DNA of 64,000 bases from Tubiluchus corallicola (GCA_030141605.1 JAQGDQ010000204.1:186001-250000); one strand, 5' to 3'; positions 25,801 to 40,088 are shown, counted from the first letter of the stretch. A program made the numbers and translations. Notes: generated by a model not told the origin, from the letters alone.

Positions 25801-27643
25801 CAAGACCGAATTGGTTATCTGGTTTACATTGAATAAGTAGACCTAGCTTGTGTTGTTGAAACGGCATGCTTATCCATATGACTGTTCGTGCACAGAATCT
25901 GAATCTTGAACGAAGTGAGTTTACAACGTTGTCATTTGAAGCGTTATATTATAAGAAACGTATCAGACCCGTAAGTCTTGAACAGCCATGCTGAATTAAA
26001 CTTGGGTGAGTGTAAAAACTGAAGTTGGAGACATTGCCAGGAAAGCTGGAACATAAGTTTGGACTGTACACAAGTTTTAGAAATGAACGTGGTGCGGCAA
26101 GTAGTACCATATATCCGATATAACTCAATGATCCAAGTATCGTACAACAAACAAATTTTTTTCACAATTTTTTATAAATGAGATATTTCAATACTTTCCA
26201 GCAGTAGTAGTAGCTATTGTCAACCAATGAGAGATTACATGTCTATCACAACTCATAGTCGTGAATTGTAAACATAAGGATGACGCATGAAATTATTTTG
26301 TCCTTTTATTGCTTAGATTAAAATTTTAACAAATTCACTTTTTGTGGAATATTTAAAACAAAGTTAATGTTTAATGTTCTTACTGTTAAGAATCTGTTGT
26401 GTCTATCGGCTGTCAATTAGCTGTAAGCCTAATCAATAGGGTCATTCGCCAACTTCGACGTGTACTAAAGATTAAAAAATCGGTTTTGTTACAATCGGAA
26501 CTGTTTGTGTTTTGCGCAGATGGCATATGTTAAGATTTCACTGATTTCATTTGAATTAATTAAATGAAGGTTTTGGCACAAGACCTTAGTACTAACATCA
26601 GTAACTAACAACGTGTGTAGGCGTAAAACCTGCCTAGGTCGCATATAATATATCTTGTTACTGCTCAGATTTTCTACAAACCTCTTCTCTCTCTCTCTCT
26701 CTCTCTCTAAGAGGCCTGAAAGCAGATAATGACTATGTCACTGTTTTCAGCTTCTCTTGACGTAAAAGCCAGTGTGGTTAATAACAATAATCCTGCCGCA
26801 GATTGCCTGTAATACTTTTTGCAAGCACCTGTGACACGTTCAGTTCGTTAGCGGTGTCTTAGAAGCCCCAAGCCTATAAAGGGGAGGCTTTGCAATCGTC
26901 AAGGGGGTTCATTTTCTCCTACGGTGCATCATCATCTGCGTCTAATATTTAACAATGAGAAGACAACACCTGAGACATACACAGATAATTAGGCAAGTTT
27001 GACATTAAATGGTCTTCCTTTCTTGTAACTCGCTCCCTTGGTGTATTCTAATTTGACATTGTGGGATTTAACGTCACACTCAATGCACTTCGTGAAATGT
27101 TCGCACATTACTAATCATTGCAGATAAATTGCGAGACAGATCTCGTTTTAGCAGAATTGTGAAGGTTGGTGACAAAATGTTGCAACTTATTTGATTCTGC
27201 CGGTGATCAAATATTATATTAATCTGCGTGCATCCGATTAATTGGTGAATTCCACTGCGTTGTGTTGTGTATACCCTACTTCTCAGGTTCTCCAAGAATT
27301 AAGTATGTACCAACTAACTATACTAGTTAGTTAACAGTATTATAGCATACTATTAAATAGGACAATAGCACTATCTCCTACTATATGTAGGTAGTGGTGG
27401 ATTGGCATACTAATAAATAGCACACTACAGTATCAGCTACCTACACTAGCATCTGCTTTGTTTGAAAGCCAAAACACTTGTGAAAATTATGTTAAACCGA
27501 CAGAAAGATTTTTTGCCACAATCGTTTGTCTATGTGCCCAAAAGTCGAAGATAATAAAACAGGCAAAAATACCAAAATCAGTTTTTCTGGCAATCACCCA
27601 TTTGTTTACTGACCAAACTCAGCAATGTTTCATATGGGATCTA

Positions 27644-27645
<2 letters not shown>

Positions 27646-27703
<58 letters not shown>
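27646..27703. repeat. (TA)n microsatellite
   Basis: Directly visible in the sequence. Confidence 0.98.
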
Positions 27704-27705
<2 letters not shown>

Positions 27706-28100
27706 ATGATACCTGACCAGTCAGCTATTCCTCGCCCTAAATGTGATTAAAGCAACATTTAGTCATTGCGACGTCAGTGACGTCAAGATATGCATGATAT
27801 ACAATTTCTGCAACATAATCAGAAGCAGTACTTTATCATTTATTTAGTGCCAGAACACAGGTCTTTTAAACATGGTAATATGACTTTGTGTCGTTGTTCA
27901 GCAGAAAGGTAAAAACATTAATTTTAATAGTTACTGCCAATGTACAAAATAAGCCGGAGTCATATGTCAATATTTTTAATCGTATACGGTGGTTACCTGT
28001 ATTGAAGGTTACCTTCTAGTATCAAATCAAATATCTTTTGAACAAGATATAAAAACATGTGTAACTATGCACACAAATAATGCTAAATTCAAATGCAAAT

Positions 28101-28262
<162 letters not shown>

Positions 28263-28799
28263 TTTTATATCCATTTAGTCTTATAAAGTCTTATAAAGTG
28301 ATAAAGCAAACAAACAAAACACTTGCTGAAAATGTTAACCATTTAGCAAGTTTAGCCTAATTGTATATCATTTTACCAAGGTGCAAATACTTTATGACAG
28401 AGACATACAAGATAGTTCTGTGTTTCTACTACATTATACGGTATGTATCACAAGATCGAATTTCAACACTGAATGACAGATTAATGATATAAACTATAAT
28501 ATATTATTATTACGATTGCTACACAGCATTTATCAGAAATTCTAGTCGAGTTTGCTATAACAGCGAAGAATGTGTGAACTGTCCAGAATTTAAAATAAAA
28601 TTAAGCAAAAGCTCAAATTTATATAAAAATTTACATTACAATTACTATTGCAAGAGCAATAGTGTGGACCTTGGGCGATTTATGCGAAAAAATAAAACGC
28701 TTGAATGAAGTCTTGGAGGAAGTGTAGAAAATTTTAACAGAACATCTTTTTGGATTACTTAGGCTCATTCAGAAATGCGCATCATTGGTGTAAACAGTT

Positions 28800-29123
28800 T
28801 TAAGTAGGTGGCTGTATTGACAGCGTTGATGGTGATTTCACGGTACAGCTGGTGCAGTCTGAGGTGCAGTCACATTGACCATAAGAATCTTCCTTGAATT
28901 CGCACTCTTTTCGACAAATGCACTGTGCCAATTCCTTGCCATTCTTTACTGATTCCATATTTCTGCATATGTCAATTGATTCCTCTTCATGGGCCGGTTT
29001 CGATGCCGTGGCGCCGGGTACCATATTAACAGCAGCGGGCTTGACTTTTACGACGGCGCTGACTATGAATAAGATGGTGTAGAAAGACGTTAAATGTAAC
29101 TGCATTATGAAGATAAAATTCAT
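28800..29123 (-). CDS. Small secreted cysteine-rich peptide A (uncharacterised; paralogue of 33725-34015)
   Basis: The ORF has a hydrophobic N-terminus (FYTILFIVSAVV), 8 Cys and a Pro/Ser/Thr tail, and aligns with peptide B. The splice acceptor tttttctttcag| gives an exon start at 29136. The start codon is at 29123 or alternatively 29105. Confidence 0.85.
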   Translation of the reverse strand: MNFIFIMQLHLTSFYTILFIVSAVVKVKPAAVNMVPGATASKPAHEEESIDICRNMESVKNGKELAQCICRKECEFKEDSYGQCDCTSDCTSCTVKSPSTLSIQPPT

Positions 29124-29389
29124 TCTAACAAACACTCTGAAAGAAAAAAGAAATCAGACAATCCAAGACATTTGTAAACACCCAAGAAAAATACAAACTT
29201 CCTAAATTCGCGACGCTATCCGTAACTGTGGTAAAAGTGCATCTATAGGTCTACACTTGACGCTTAGTAAATTACACTTAAAACATATTTGTGTGCAATA
29301 CATATAGAAGTCTATTGGTCCTACAGGAATAACTTCTATTAGTCTCATAGTAGTACCAGTAACAACCCTACAGAGTGTAACAAACAACT

Positions 29390-29660
29390 CAAGTAGCGTG
29401 CCCGTTTCCCATCAGGGAAACTGTGGGTTCGAATTTAGGGATATGCTTTGCCAACACTATCTGCTGTTCAAAAAGCATTCGTAACATCAGAGTAAATTCA
29501 CAATATACCTAAATGATGGCCCACTACGCTGTGTCCACACTATCGCTTTGTGAATGATTGTGTTTAGTTAAAAAGTTCCGCAAGAGAGTGTGTTTTTTCA
29601 TGAGTGCTCTGTAGAAGATTTGACCCAAGGCTAACCTGGACTAGCTAGTTGCTTAATAAT
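29390..29660 (+). mobile_element. Possible tRNA-derived SINE in the intron of peptide A
   Basis: tagcgtgcccgtttcccatcaggga...gggttcgaat resembles a tRNA head with a B box. The 3' boundary is uncertain. Confidence 0.35.
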
Positions 29661-29679
29661 TTAAAGAAGACCATCGTAC

Positions 29680-29785
29680 CTGTGCAATGGGTGAAGACTA
29701 TCTCGGATTACTTATTTAGTTTTTGGAGGAAATGCAGCGCGCGTCCTTCGAACTCGAAGTTCACAAATTCAAGCTAGCTTTTATA
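29680..29785 (-). promoter_or_regulatory. Putative TATA box and non-coding exon 1 of peptide A
   Basis: Minus-strand TATAAAA at 29785-29779 and donor cag|gtacga at 29680/29679. The predicted intron is 29137-29679. Confidence 0.55.
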
Positions 29786-30599
29786 GAGTATTGTTTTAGG
29801 CCTAGAACAATATGTAGGCAACGTTCGAAATTATTTGTTTGAAATCATAAACGTTACAGCTATAGAGTCGCTGGGCGAGATGTTTTCGCTTCCGATGACA
29901 CTTGTTAGCTATATCAGAAAAAGTAGACCTTGGTGCTAATAACTTTGTCTATAACTCTACCCGTTTTTACTAATATCTGAAGTTTGCCGGTTTTAAAGCT
30001 GTAATAAAAATTTTAAAAGTTTCTAAAAGTTCATGAAGAGTTTTAGTGTAGTAATTTCAAGATATTCTCAGAATAAATTTCATTAGAATTAAATTCTTAT
30101 GGATATCTAGTCTTTGCACTCTTGTGAACTTAGTAATAACTACACAGCTTTATAGCTATTGCGTAAATATAAGGAAGAGTATGGCTGCAACAAAATCAGT
30201 AGCAGTTAAATTAATATTTAGTTAAAAATACAGAACAGATTCCGTCTAATTGCTTTTCCATTTATCCTACTTTATTAGTGTCCGAGGAAGTGAGTGAAAG
30301 CAAAGGTAGAACAGCCATTTCCTAATGTTAACAGTAGATGCTCAAAAACGACTATAATAGCATTTAAATTGTAGTGTTTCATCCAATTTAATTCATACAG
30401 CTGTTCATACTAACAATGACGTTGATACAGGGTTAGTACTAAGAGGATATACAAGAGTGCAACTGCAAAAGTAATGGTTTGACGTCATCCATCTGAAATT
30501 TATGTCAACAAAGAACATAAGGGTACGTAGTCTATAATGGCACCTATATGTTATGTAGCATGCTGCACTCGTTGAAATACTAAAGTATTGTTATATTTA

Positions 30600-31600
30600 A
30601 GAGAAGTTGGCAATGTTGATATTGCTTATCCTATAGTATAGGATGAGCAGATGCAGATGACATCGCAATGCTCTGTAATTCTTGAATTGATGACCAAGCA
30701 ATGCAAAGCATTGACAATGAAGGCTCAAGTAGATTTCTATGCAGCATTAACCAGACAAGAGTGATATTGTTGTTCAGTCTACAAAGAAAACAGATTTAAC
30801 ATTTCAAAATCACACATCTTATAAAGTGGGATAAGTCATTATACATTTAAAAGATTCAGCAAATTTCAGATTCCAGCGGAAAATCCAATGTTGACATAAA
30901 TGTTGAGTTTGAAAAGAAGACGTAATGCTTTACTGGGTTTCGGTTTGTATAGGAAGAACATAGCTCAAGTCAATTCTTCATCAAAAACTATAGAAAACAT
31001 TTACTTTACCTAATTTATACATTCATGAATTGTAAGTAGTCAACTCATCAGCATCTAATAGCCATTTGAACGTAAACAACTGGGACAATTACAATATTCG
31101 CTGGATAGATATGCAGATTTTACTGGTTATAGACTGGTTCGGCATCCATTATTGAAAGCTGTTATTGAACAAAAAAAGATCTTGCATATTTTGGTGACAT
31201 TTCCATGTAATACATCATTAAAGAATGGAAGAACATTATTAAACATGGCGTCAGATCGCACTGAGGAACTGAACTCACGAATCTCGTTTTCTAAACCACG
31301 ACTATTGGGCAACTGGTATCTCTGGCATCCTTTATGAGGTTATTGGTTTAATAGGTATAAAATGCAAGAAACTATCTTTGAAGCCAAGTTTCTATAGCTG
31401 CTTCTTATATATTATATGGAACTAACTCTGGCAACACAAAATCTTGCCTGTTTGTAGATCATAAACAGCTGTTCCAAGAGTGCGTTTTCTAACAGTATGT
31501 CATTATCAATTCAAAATAGATTACACATTTTGGTTAATATCAAGAATAATTTTTCTGAAATACTTGAAAAATATTTCTTCAGAAACGATAACGATAGATT
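30600..31600 (-). mobile_element. Highly decayed LINE RT relic between the two peptide genes
   Basis: Scattered minus-strand remnants occur in RT order (SYR.., TAFNN ~ SKAFD, PANIV, NIYVN) with many stops and frameshifts. Confidence 0.4.
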
Positions 31601-32151
31601 GATATCACTAATGTTGGCTATCACAAATGTTAACGTTTTAGTGTCAACAGGAAATATTCAGGATTTCCAGTGCAGGATTTACGATAAAGAAATTGCTAAG
31701 ATAAAAAGGTGTTTGTCCAAAAAAAGTTTAGACACAGATTGGACACAATGCAGGTAATAGTCAGCAATCTTCGTCATTTTGACTAGTGTCAACAACAGAT
31801 TTTTCATGCAGGTTAAGGTGCATTAGGGTTACAAGTCTACACACCTTGCTTTGAGACAAAGGCGTATACGGTATACCTGTATCATGTTTGCTATATATTA
31901 GCTGGTGAAGTGCTTAGTTTCTTTCAAGTACTTTGTTGATGAGTCACGCTTTATTATAGGAGTTAGTAAGAGCTTTCTCTGATACTATTAGTAGTTATAA
32001 CACTACATCTGTGCTTTCACAATAATTATCTTAAGCGGTTTGTGCAATACTGCACTTCTGTTTCAGCCGTTTCACTATTTAATTATGTTGCTTCCACTTG
32101 CATTTGCATGTAAGCTTATATATTTATGATTTAATAGCTGAGTTAGATAAC

Positions 32152-32270
<119 letters not shown>

Positions 32271-33724
32271 CTCGCTATAGCTACCTGTCTGAGACTGGGT
32301 CGAAATCGAAAACTGTAGGGCCGCGTATCCACTACATCCGCACCGATAGGTCTGTATTACGTACGTGCAATCAGAGGTATGCAGTCTCCTGCTGAAGTAC
32401 AGTCCGTGCGATCCGTTTAAGGTTGCCATCAGCATAATTTCACTGAACGTAATTAAAATTTATCAATTTTATCTATCGGGAACGTTGTCTAATCTGCCGT
32501 GAGCACGCATATGTGAGCATGCCGCTTTTTAATTAGGTCGCATTTTACTATTTTTATTAGTCAACTAACCAATTATAAATATCTATGCCTACTCATTGGC
32601 AACATAAACAGGTGAATAAGTCAGGGGGCTGCAACATCTCCATGTAATAAAAATATCTAAGCTACAGACTCAAATTTCTTTTTTTAGCATTTTTTGCTTT
32701 ACATGCTATACTTTGTTTTGATCGTTCTTGTAAATAATAATAATATTGTTTTAATTTTGTATATTTTGTATTACATTAAACTTAAGCTTAAATTTACACT
32801 TAAATGCTAGAAAATAGTAGTGGTTTTCTTTCTTCTAAATTACAAACAGATAATTGCTGTGAGATGCAACCACCTTGTTTTGCAACCATTATGCGGTGCA
32901 AACACCATGTGGTGCAAACTCCGTGCAGTGCAAACAACCTGCCGTGCAGTGCAACACGCTACAACAATGGTCGAACTACCCACATAGTGTCTCAGACTCT
33001 GTCTCATTCCATATTTCTCTCTCTGACCTCGCTCTCTTTTCTTTGTTTTTTTATTAATATAATTCAGTAGTTTAAACGTAATTTTATTTTCTTAGTTCAC
33101 TTTATCATCAACAGAAAACATTGAATACAGCACTTTAAAAAAAATTAACACATCAGTGTATATTTTCTATGGGGGTAGCAAGGTCCTAAGGAAACGGGTC
33201 AACTATTCTGGCGCGTAAATCGGTAAATCTTGGTAGTACTCCGGCACTCTTCAAGAATATTGCGAAAATACTGTTCGTGTAGACTAACTCTAATAGATGG
33301 ATTTCATTTTAACATTTAACACAAGTAGCCTATATACATAAATTTATATATAAGCATATAAATAAATAGGACTGTTGGATATATATAAAACTGTAGGTTC
33401 GACATATACATGTAAGGCCTATGATCAGTGAATTCTTGGGTACATTTGAAGCATGTTGTAATTAAGTGTTAAAATATTATACAGCTTTACTTTATGTAGT
33501 TAATTAAACTCATAAAAGGATTCAGACAAACAAACAAAACAAAACGTTTACATGTAAATATGGGGCCTACTAATATGTTAGCTACTAAGTAACCTGCTTA
33601 TCTCCTCTTATCTCCAATGAATTTTTCTTCTTATTGGAAGGCTATACATCGGATTGCAATGACCACAATAACATTAACACAGAACAGTATTTTAAGTCAC
33701 CCATTTATCTATATTTTTTGTCAT

Positions 33725-34015
33725 TCATGGGGTCCTTGGTGAACTTGGCGGCTTTGGGGTTATAGCAACTCCTGGAGGGTTACCCTTAGAACAGTCACAC
33801 TGGCCAGACGAATCTCCATCACCCACAGCACACTGTCTTTGACAAATACAATTTGGTAATTCTGCAAATGGTACTGTATTTCGGCATGTCATAATGGATT
33901 CCTCTTCGTGTTCCGGTTTTTTGTACATCGGATTTTCCACACCAGCATCATCATCAGCTTTTCCCCAGTTACACAGATAAACAAACAGCACATGTATTAG
34001 TATCAGATTCTTCAT
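33725..34015 (-). CDS. Small secreted cysteine-rich peptide B (uncharacterised; paralogue of 28800-29123)
   Basis: 96-aa ORF with a signal-peptide-like MKNLILIHVLFVYLCNWGKA, an acidic spacer, 6 mature Cys and a Pro-rich tail. The acceptor tttattgttcag| gives an exon start at 34036. Confidence 0.88.
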   Translation of the reverse strand: MKNLILIHVLFVYLCNWGKADDDAGVENPMYKKPEHEEESIMTCRNTVPFAELPNCICQRQCAVGDGDSSGQCDCSKGNPPGVAITPKPPSSPRTP

Positions 34016-34276
34016 TGTTTGGCAAAAATCATGCCCCTGAACAATAAATAGATGAAGATCAGTAATAACAGACCCATGATAGGCCTACATTATTCTCTAA
34101 ATGTAACATTAAACTTGTGATAGTAGTATCGATAGTAGTAAATCCTGAAATGTTTGTTTTACACATTATTATCCTATTTTAGTATAGCACACTTATATTA
34201 TTGTGTTGTACAAATAGTCATTTTAGTATATTGCAAGAAGCACCTATAATGTCTAGACGAAGGCTCGTTATCCTAC

Positions 34277-34329
34277 CTGCGTAACGTTATGTAATTAAGT
34301 GCAAGAGATACTAGGTCTATTCTATATAT
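34277..34329 (-). promoter_or_regulatory. Putative TATA box and short non-coding exon 1 of peptide B
   Basis: Minus-strand TATATAG at about 34328-34322 and donor cag|gtagga at 34277/34276. The predicted intron is 34037-34276. Confidence 0.5.
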
Positions 34330-34582
34330 CGCATTTAGTTCCACGTTTAAGGCGGCTTACTTCTGCTATAGTTCTCAGTTGTTTTATAATTTGAAAAACC
34401 GATAATTGTAAACAATAATAATTGTGACGTCATACAACGATAATTATGACATCAAAGTCTACCCAAGAAGTTGTGGGAATGATTAGAACGAAGGTAAAAC
34501 TCTCCAACTCTCACGCAGAATGCAGTACAGTACAATGGCAACAATACGGCAGTTTGAATACAATAGGAACTGTTAGATATAA

Positions 34583-36369
34583 GGCAGTTTCACCCCCTTC
34601 GCCAGTCTATTTTTCGCCATTCTATCACTTCGCCAGTTTATCCCTTTGCCAGTCTGTCATTTCGCCAGTGCACGGTCTCGCCAATCTATCTTTTCGCCAG
34701 TATATCATTTCACCCGTCTGCCTTTTCACCAGTGCATTACATCGCCAGTGGATATTAAAAACAGTACAATACATATTTAAACAGTGCTCCACTTCGTCAG
34801 TAGATCATTTCACCAGTTTATAGCTATTTGAGGAAAGAGTTTGAAAGAGTCGCCTTTACACAACAACCGCAATTAGGTGACAGCAATGCGGTACACCGTC
34901 GGATAGATAATAGTTTGGAATATCGTCACTGGCCGCCACATTAGTAGGTGCGCTTCAGTCTTGAGTAACATAACGGTAAAGTTTTGATGAGCTGTCGCAA
35001 AAATTAGGAGCTTGAGGTCCAAGTGGCTTCTAGACCTAGTAGCCAAGAACAGCCCTATCTTCAGTGTTAGTCGTGTGATTAAAATGTTTTTCTTCAAGAG
35101 TTATGATTTCCCAAAGTTGAAATGTTGAGTTTTTTGTCAGAAGCTTTAAGTATGGCACCGACATGGGTCTAGAAAAACGTCCGTAGCGGTGACGGCTGTT
35201 TAAACATCGTTGGATAAAGAATTGCTGAGACTGTCACAACTGGGCGCCGTCTTGGTAGGTGGCACTTCCAGCATCAAGTAACTGATTTTGGTTGAAGTCC
35301 TAACGGCTTCCAGGCCTAGTACGGCAAGCTCATGTCAATATCGAGTGTTTGTCACATGACTGTAAAGGGATTTGTTCTGGAGATGTGGCTTCCCAAGTTT
35401 GCTCATGGCGATACCTCGTTTATATATGTATATATTTATAGGGAAATATGTATATTTTTCCCTAACTGGACTTGTTCGAGGCCTATAAAACGGCAACGGT
35501 TCAGAATTCGACAAAACGGAGCCGGCTGTAGACAGCTAATGCATAGCTCTTTACTTGTTTTTATTTGGATTGCTTGGTCTTATTGTAGGAGTAATGGCTT
35601 CTCAAAAACTGACATATTTTGAAGTTTTTCGGTCATAATTCAGACGGGTCAAAAGGTAACGACCCGAATTGCAACCTAACATAGCCCTCTGCTCTGGCTA
35701 CGTCCACACCAAATTTAGTCAAGTAGCCCTATCAAGTTTTCGAGTTATTCTAAAAAAGCGTATCTTTTCTCAGATACGGAAAAAAAAGATCCGTATCTGG
35801 GAAACAAAACATCGAAGAACAAAAATAACAGCAGATTCTGAATGTCACATGTCACCCGACCTTCTTTTATCGCCGTTTTCTGGCTAAGCAAAGCTAGACT
35901 CGCGATTTTGACACAGTGCACCAAATTTTACGTTTCATGACGAACTCAGTGATATATGGCACGCCTCTGTACGACTTACGTCTTCCGTCCACAAAGCGTT
36001 TAAACTGTGGTAGCTCTGTCCAAAAAAAGGCAGCAGCTGTGGAGGTGGCGGCTGCGCGCACGTCATCGGATAGAAAATTGATTGTACTATCGGGCGCCAC
36101 ATTGCAGGTGGCGTTTCAGTGTTGAGTAACGTAAGCGTTTTCTAATATAGGCGAGTACCTCAATTACAATTTAAAAAGTTCTTATTACAAGAACAATCCT
36201 ATGTATTGTACTTCTAATATCAACTGGCGAAAAGATATACTGGCAAAATGGTAGACTGGCGAAGTGTACCACTACCTAAATACCTATTGCACTCTTTTTC
36301 TAATATCAACTGGCGAAAACTTAGACTGGCGAGTGGTGAAAAGATAGACTGGCGGATTGGTGCACTGTT
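34583..36369. mobile_element. Foldback-type non-autonomous DNA element with inverted subterminal arrays
   Basis: An array of TTCGCCAGTCTA-like units at about 34590-34820 faces the reverse-complement array TAGACTGGCGAA at about 36222-36360. The termini ggcagtttcacccccttcgccagtctat and atagactggcggattggtgcactgtt are inverted copies. Confidence 0.7.
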
Positions 36370-36869
36370 CGAAAAGTTTGACATAGAGAAGTTTGGATAC
36401 AGTCAGGCTGGATAGTTCGAACGCAGAATATATGACGCAAAGCAGGTTCTGGCTCGGCTCAGGAAGGATTGGATGTTTTATTTGTGTATTTTATTTTAGG
36501 TTTGAATGATATACGCAAGATAAAAACTGCACACGTTAGTTTAGATAACAAAATGAAGAGGTTAGTAATGAGTTCCGGAATACAGTGACGGAATACAATT
36601 TGTTCCAATATTTTAAGTATAGTGACATATCGAACATCAGTATCAATTATGCAAGATAAAATCATATTACTGTTGCTTAAAATTCTATTTCTTAGCCTAA
36701 AACACATTTATGCAGTAATGCCCAAATTACAGACGCATGCGTACTGTATTCGTAGTTAAAAAACTTTCGGAGGGTAATATTGTACGAAGCTCGAAGTTTT
36801 GTTAGAGTACCGCGTTCGTACAATAACCAGCAATTACTGTAATAGAAAGAATTACTGTACTAGAACTAC

Positions 36870-37095
36870 AAAGCTATTTGGACACACCGAAGTTAGGACA
36901 CAATACTGGTTAGACGTAGGGAAGTTTGGACACTAAGACAGGTTGACGCTAAGAGGTTTGGACACCTGCAGTTGAACACAAGACTGGGTGGCTACAGGGT
37001 GGACACGAGACAAACTAAACATAGCGGGGATTAGACTCACGGCAGTTTTGGACGTAAGGCAATTGCACTAAAAAGTAACGTGCACTTTAGACACA
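36870..37095. repeat. Degenerate short-unit array (TTGGACAC-like)
   Basis: Repeated ttggacac/ttagacac/gttgaacac units with variable spacers, probably a subterminal array of a TE. Confidence 0.55.
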
Positions 37096-38555
37096 GCAAA
37101 TGTGGGTGGAACTTTACCAAAAGACAGAACTGCTTTTCTCTTATCTATGTAGGTTGTTAATTGCCAATAAGAATTAGCGCAGATTTATTACATTTACATC
37201 GTCTATTCCTCCGAGTTAAGTCCCGAGTTAGAACGTGAACGGCATGAGGTTTAAAAATTAGCCATCTAGCCCCACACACGGGTTTTGAAGGAATCTGTCA
37301 AAATATTTTTCGTAAGGTTTACGCAGTCATTTCAAATCGATCCCTGGACATCCATGATTAAATTCGACATATTTACCTAAAAGAAGAATAAATATGGACG
37401 AATGGCGTCTGACAAGTTTTCTAGAAATCTTCGGTGAAGAGCGCACCGTCACTTGTAAATCCTTGCTGAGTGGCACATCACTGTCACTGCGCGCCACGTG
37501 ACATGAATCTACAATTAACTACAGTCCATTTAAATATCTGACTTAAAGCGATCTACAATGAAAGATGAAGTCGTGTTGCATCTACCACAATTTTGGTTGT
37601 TATTGCAGTTATAGCAACCTAGAAACATTACACAAGTGATGGAGGCTAAACATTTAACTTAATTTGGAGTATCAATTTGCATCTGAATATGAAGAGCATT
37701 AATATGAGTGACAGAATTTATTTTAGTTCACAAACATTTATTCTGGAAGTTGTTAATACAACTGCTTAATACTAATAATAATTAGATTAAAATTGTTATA
37801 AATTGGATTATAACAGCTTCCTAATATACGTAATAACATTAGGGTTGTGCACACTATGCAATATCTGTTTGACATAGATTTCTACTAGCTTGCAGCCTGG
37901 ATAAGTGCCGTTTTGCGAACATTTGTCGGACAAAGATTTTTATGCTTAAATTTTTGTGTCCGACAAAATCGTCCTGCTCGTATGTGTACCTTAGTGCAAC
38001 AATTTGCGTAAAACCAAATCAGAATAATAATAAGAACTGATTTTGTCATTCGCAATCTGGTAAATATTTACTGCAATTAATCCGGGATTTGGCTGATACA
38101 GATTACTTCATACAAAAGATATAGTGTGCAAGAAATTTTTTGCTTCAGACAATTTTGTTGTAGACAGATTTTTTTACAATATACTGCTAAGTTTGCAAAA
38201 TCCAAGAAGCTTTGCGACGAAACTATTTCCATTATTTTGTAAATTATATGAAGATGCCACAATGCGACACATTGTGTTTAAAAGAATAAAAAAGCATTAA
38301 TCTTTTACGTACAAAACGCACAAGAAAGACAAAACATTATAGATACAAAAAAAATAATAATATTAATAATATTGTAATATTTTGTAATAAATCAAAAAGT
38401 TTGATTTTATATATATATAAATTCAATATAATTCAATATATTGAAATAAAATATAGCATTAGTTCAGCATTATTGCAGGGGAAAAATTTAAATATTTTTC
38501 ATTTCATGTGTCTGCATCGTATTCTAGTTTTCTAGTTTTGACATAGACTTCCAAT

Positions 38556-38681
<126 letters not shown>

Positions 38682-39929
38682 CTTTATTTGAAAAAGTTAT
38701 TTGCAATCCCTGTATTTGTATGGAAGTTATAACATTGTTTATTTCGTTAAACTTTTTGAATGGATAAAGGTCTAAGGTTATGAAAATCAATATATGAAAA
38801 TTCACACAATTCCAATGGGTGCTGAGGATGCGGCACGATTATCAGGGCACCGAAGTTTGCTGCCACAGAGAAATGTCGATAAAAACGCGTTCTTTTTCAC
38901 GTAGCGTCCATTCAAATCTTAGCGTCACACTGCCCTATGTATAACGCAACTCACGGAGTGCAAGTCGAGCGATTCAAATTTAGTCTTTTTCATTGAAGAT
39001 TAGCGTGATTAAGGAAAATGCCTGTAGAAACTAATTACCGGAAAATTAACGTACGAGCTTTTGTATTGGAATTAAACTCAGGCATCAATGATTTCACTTC
39101 AAATTAGGTTAGCAAAATCCAGATTATGAACGGAATTGAATTTGATTTGCCTACGCCCTTAAAAATGTCAAACAGCTAGATTTAAGGATTGTCAATGAAA
39201 TGGAAAAAGTGGCTAGCATCTGTGTACTGTCAGTAATGATACTATAACAGGAGTAGTAGTAAGTCAATGCTGGCTACTGCGGCGATAAAGGTCTTGGTCA
39301 GGTAGTAGCAACAACAATTGCTACCACAGTATAGTTCCCTTTGGGATCGAAATTCTCAAGAATAGCATCATTAGCAACTGTTTACAGCAGCAGCAAACTG
39401 ATAAAGTGAACAAGTAGCAACAGAATAATAGCAGAAAAAATGACAAAGGAGAAATAGCTCGATTAGACCAGTAGTAGCAACAGCAGCAGCAACAGCGGCA
39501 GTAGCACCACCAACAACTTAAGTGTCAGCTTAATCTTTCTTTTCAGTTTCTGTTATATTGGTTAAGTGCATTAAAATCCTAAAGCAAAGATAGAGTACGA
39601 CAGTTTCCTTATCAAGCAAGGCTGATGCAATACTCTTGGAAGTTTCTCGCTTATCATCCTGAATTTCAACAAAGCTGGTTTGTTTTATTTTTAACCAATG
39701 GAACCAGTAAAATTGCTTGAGGCATACAGCATTGACAAAGAAGTAAGGTCCTTTGACAAAACTTTAATGAACAAAATTGGTTAAGTGAATGAGTTAAATA
39801 TTCAAACTGAAATAATGTAGGGCTATTTTTCAAAAGAAGACACTTATTCATGCACAGTAAAAAAATTGTTCGTCCAAGTCGAGTTTGATGTAAATTTAAT
39901 AGTAATAATATTAAATTAATATTATTAAT

Positions 39930-39930
<1 letters not shown>

Positions 39931-39991
<61 letters not shown>
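39931..39991. repeat. (TAA)n microsatellite
   Basis: Directly visible in the sequence. Confidence 0.98.
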
Positions 39992-39992
<1 letters not shown>

Positions 39993-40088
39993 TTAGTCTG
40001 TCTTGAAGCTTTACTGAAACGTGAATTTTGTTGAATATGTTGCAACAACGAAGTAAAAGCTTTGGTATTTTTTTAGGTAAGTGCAGAA

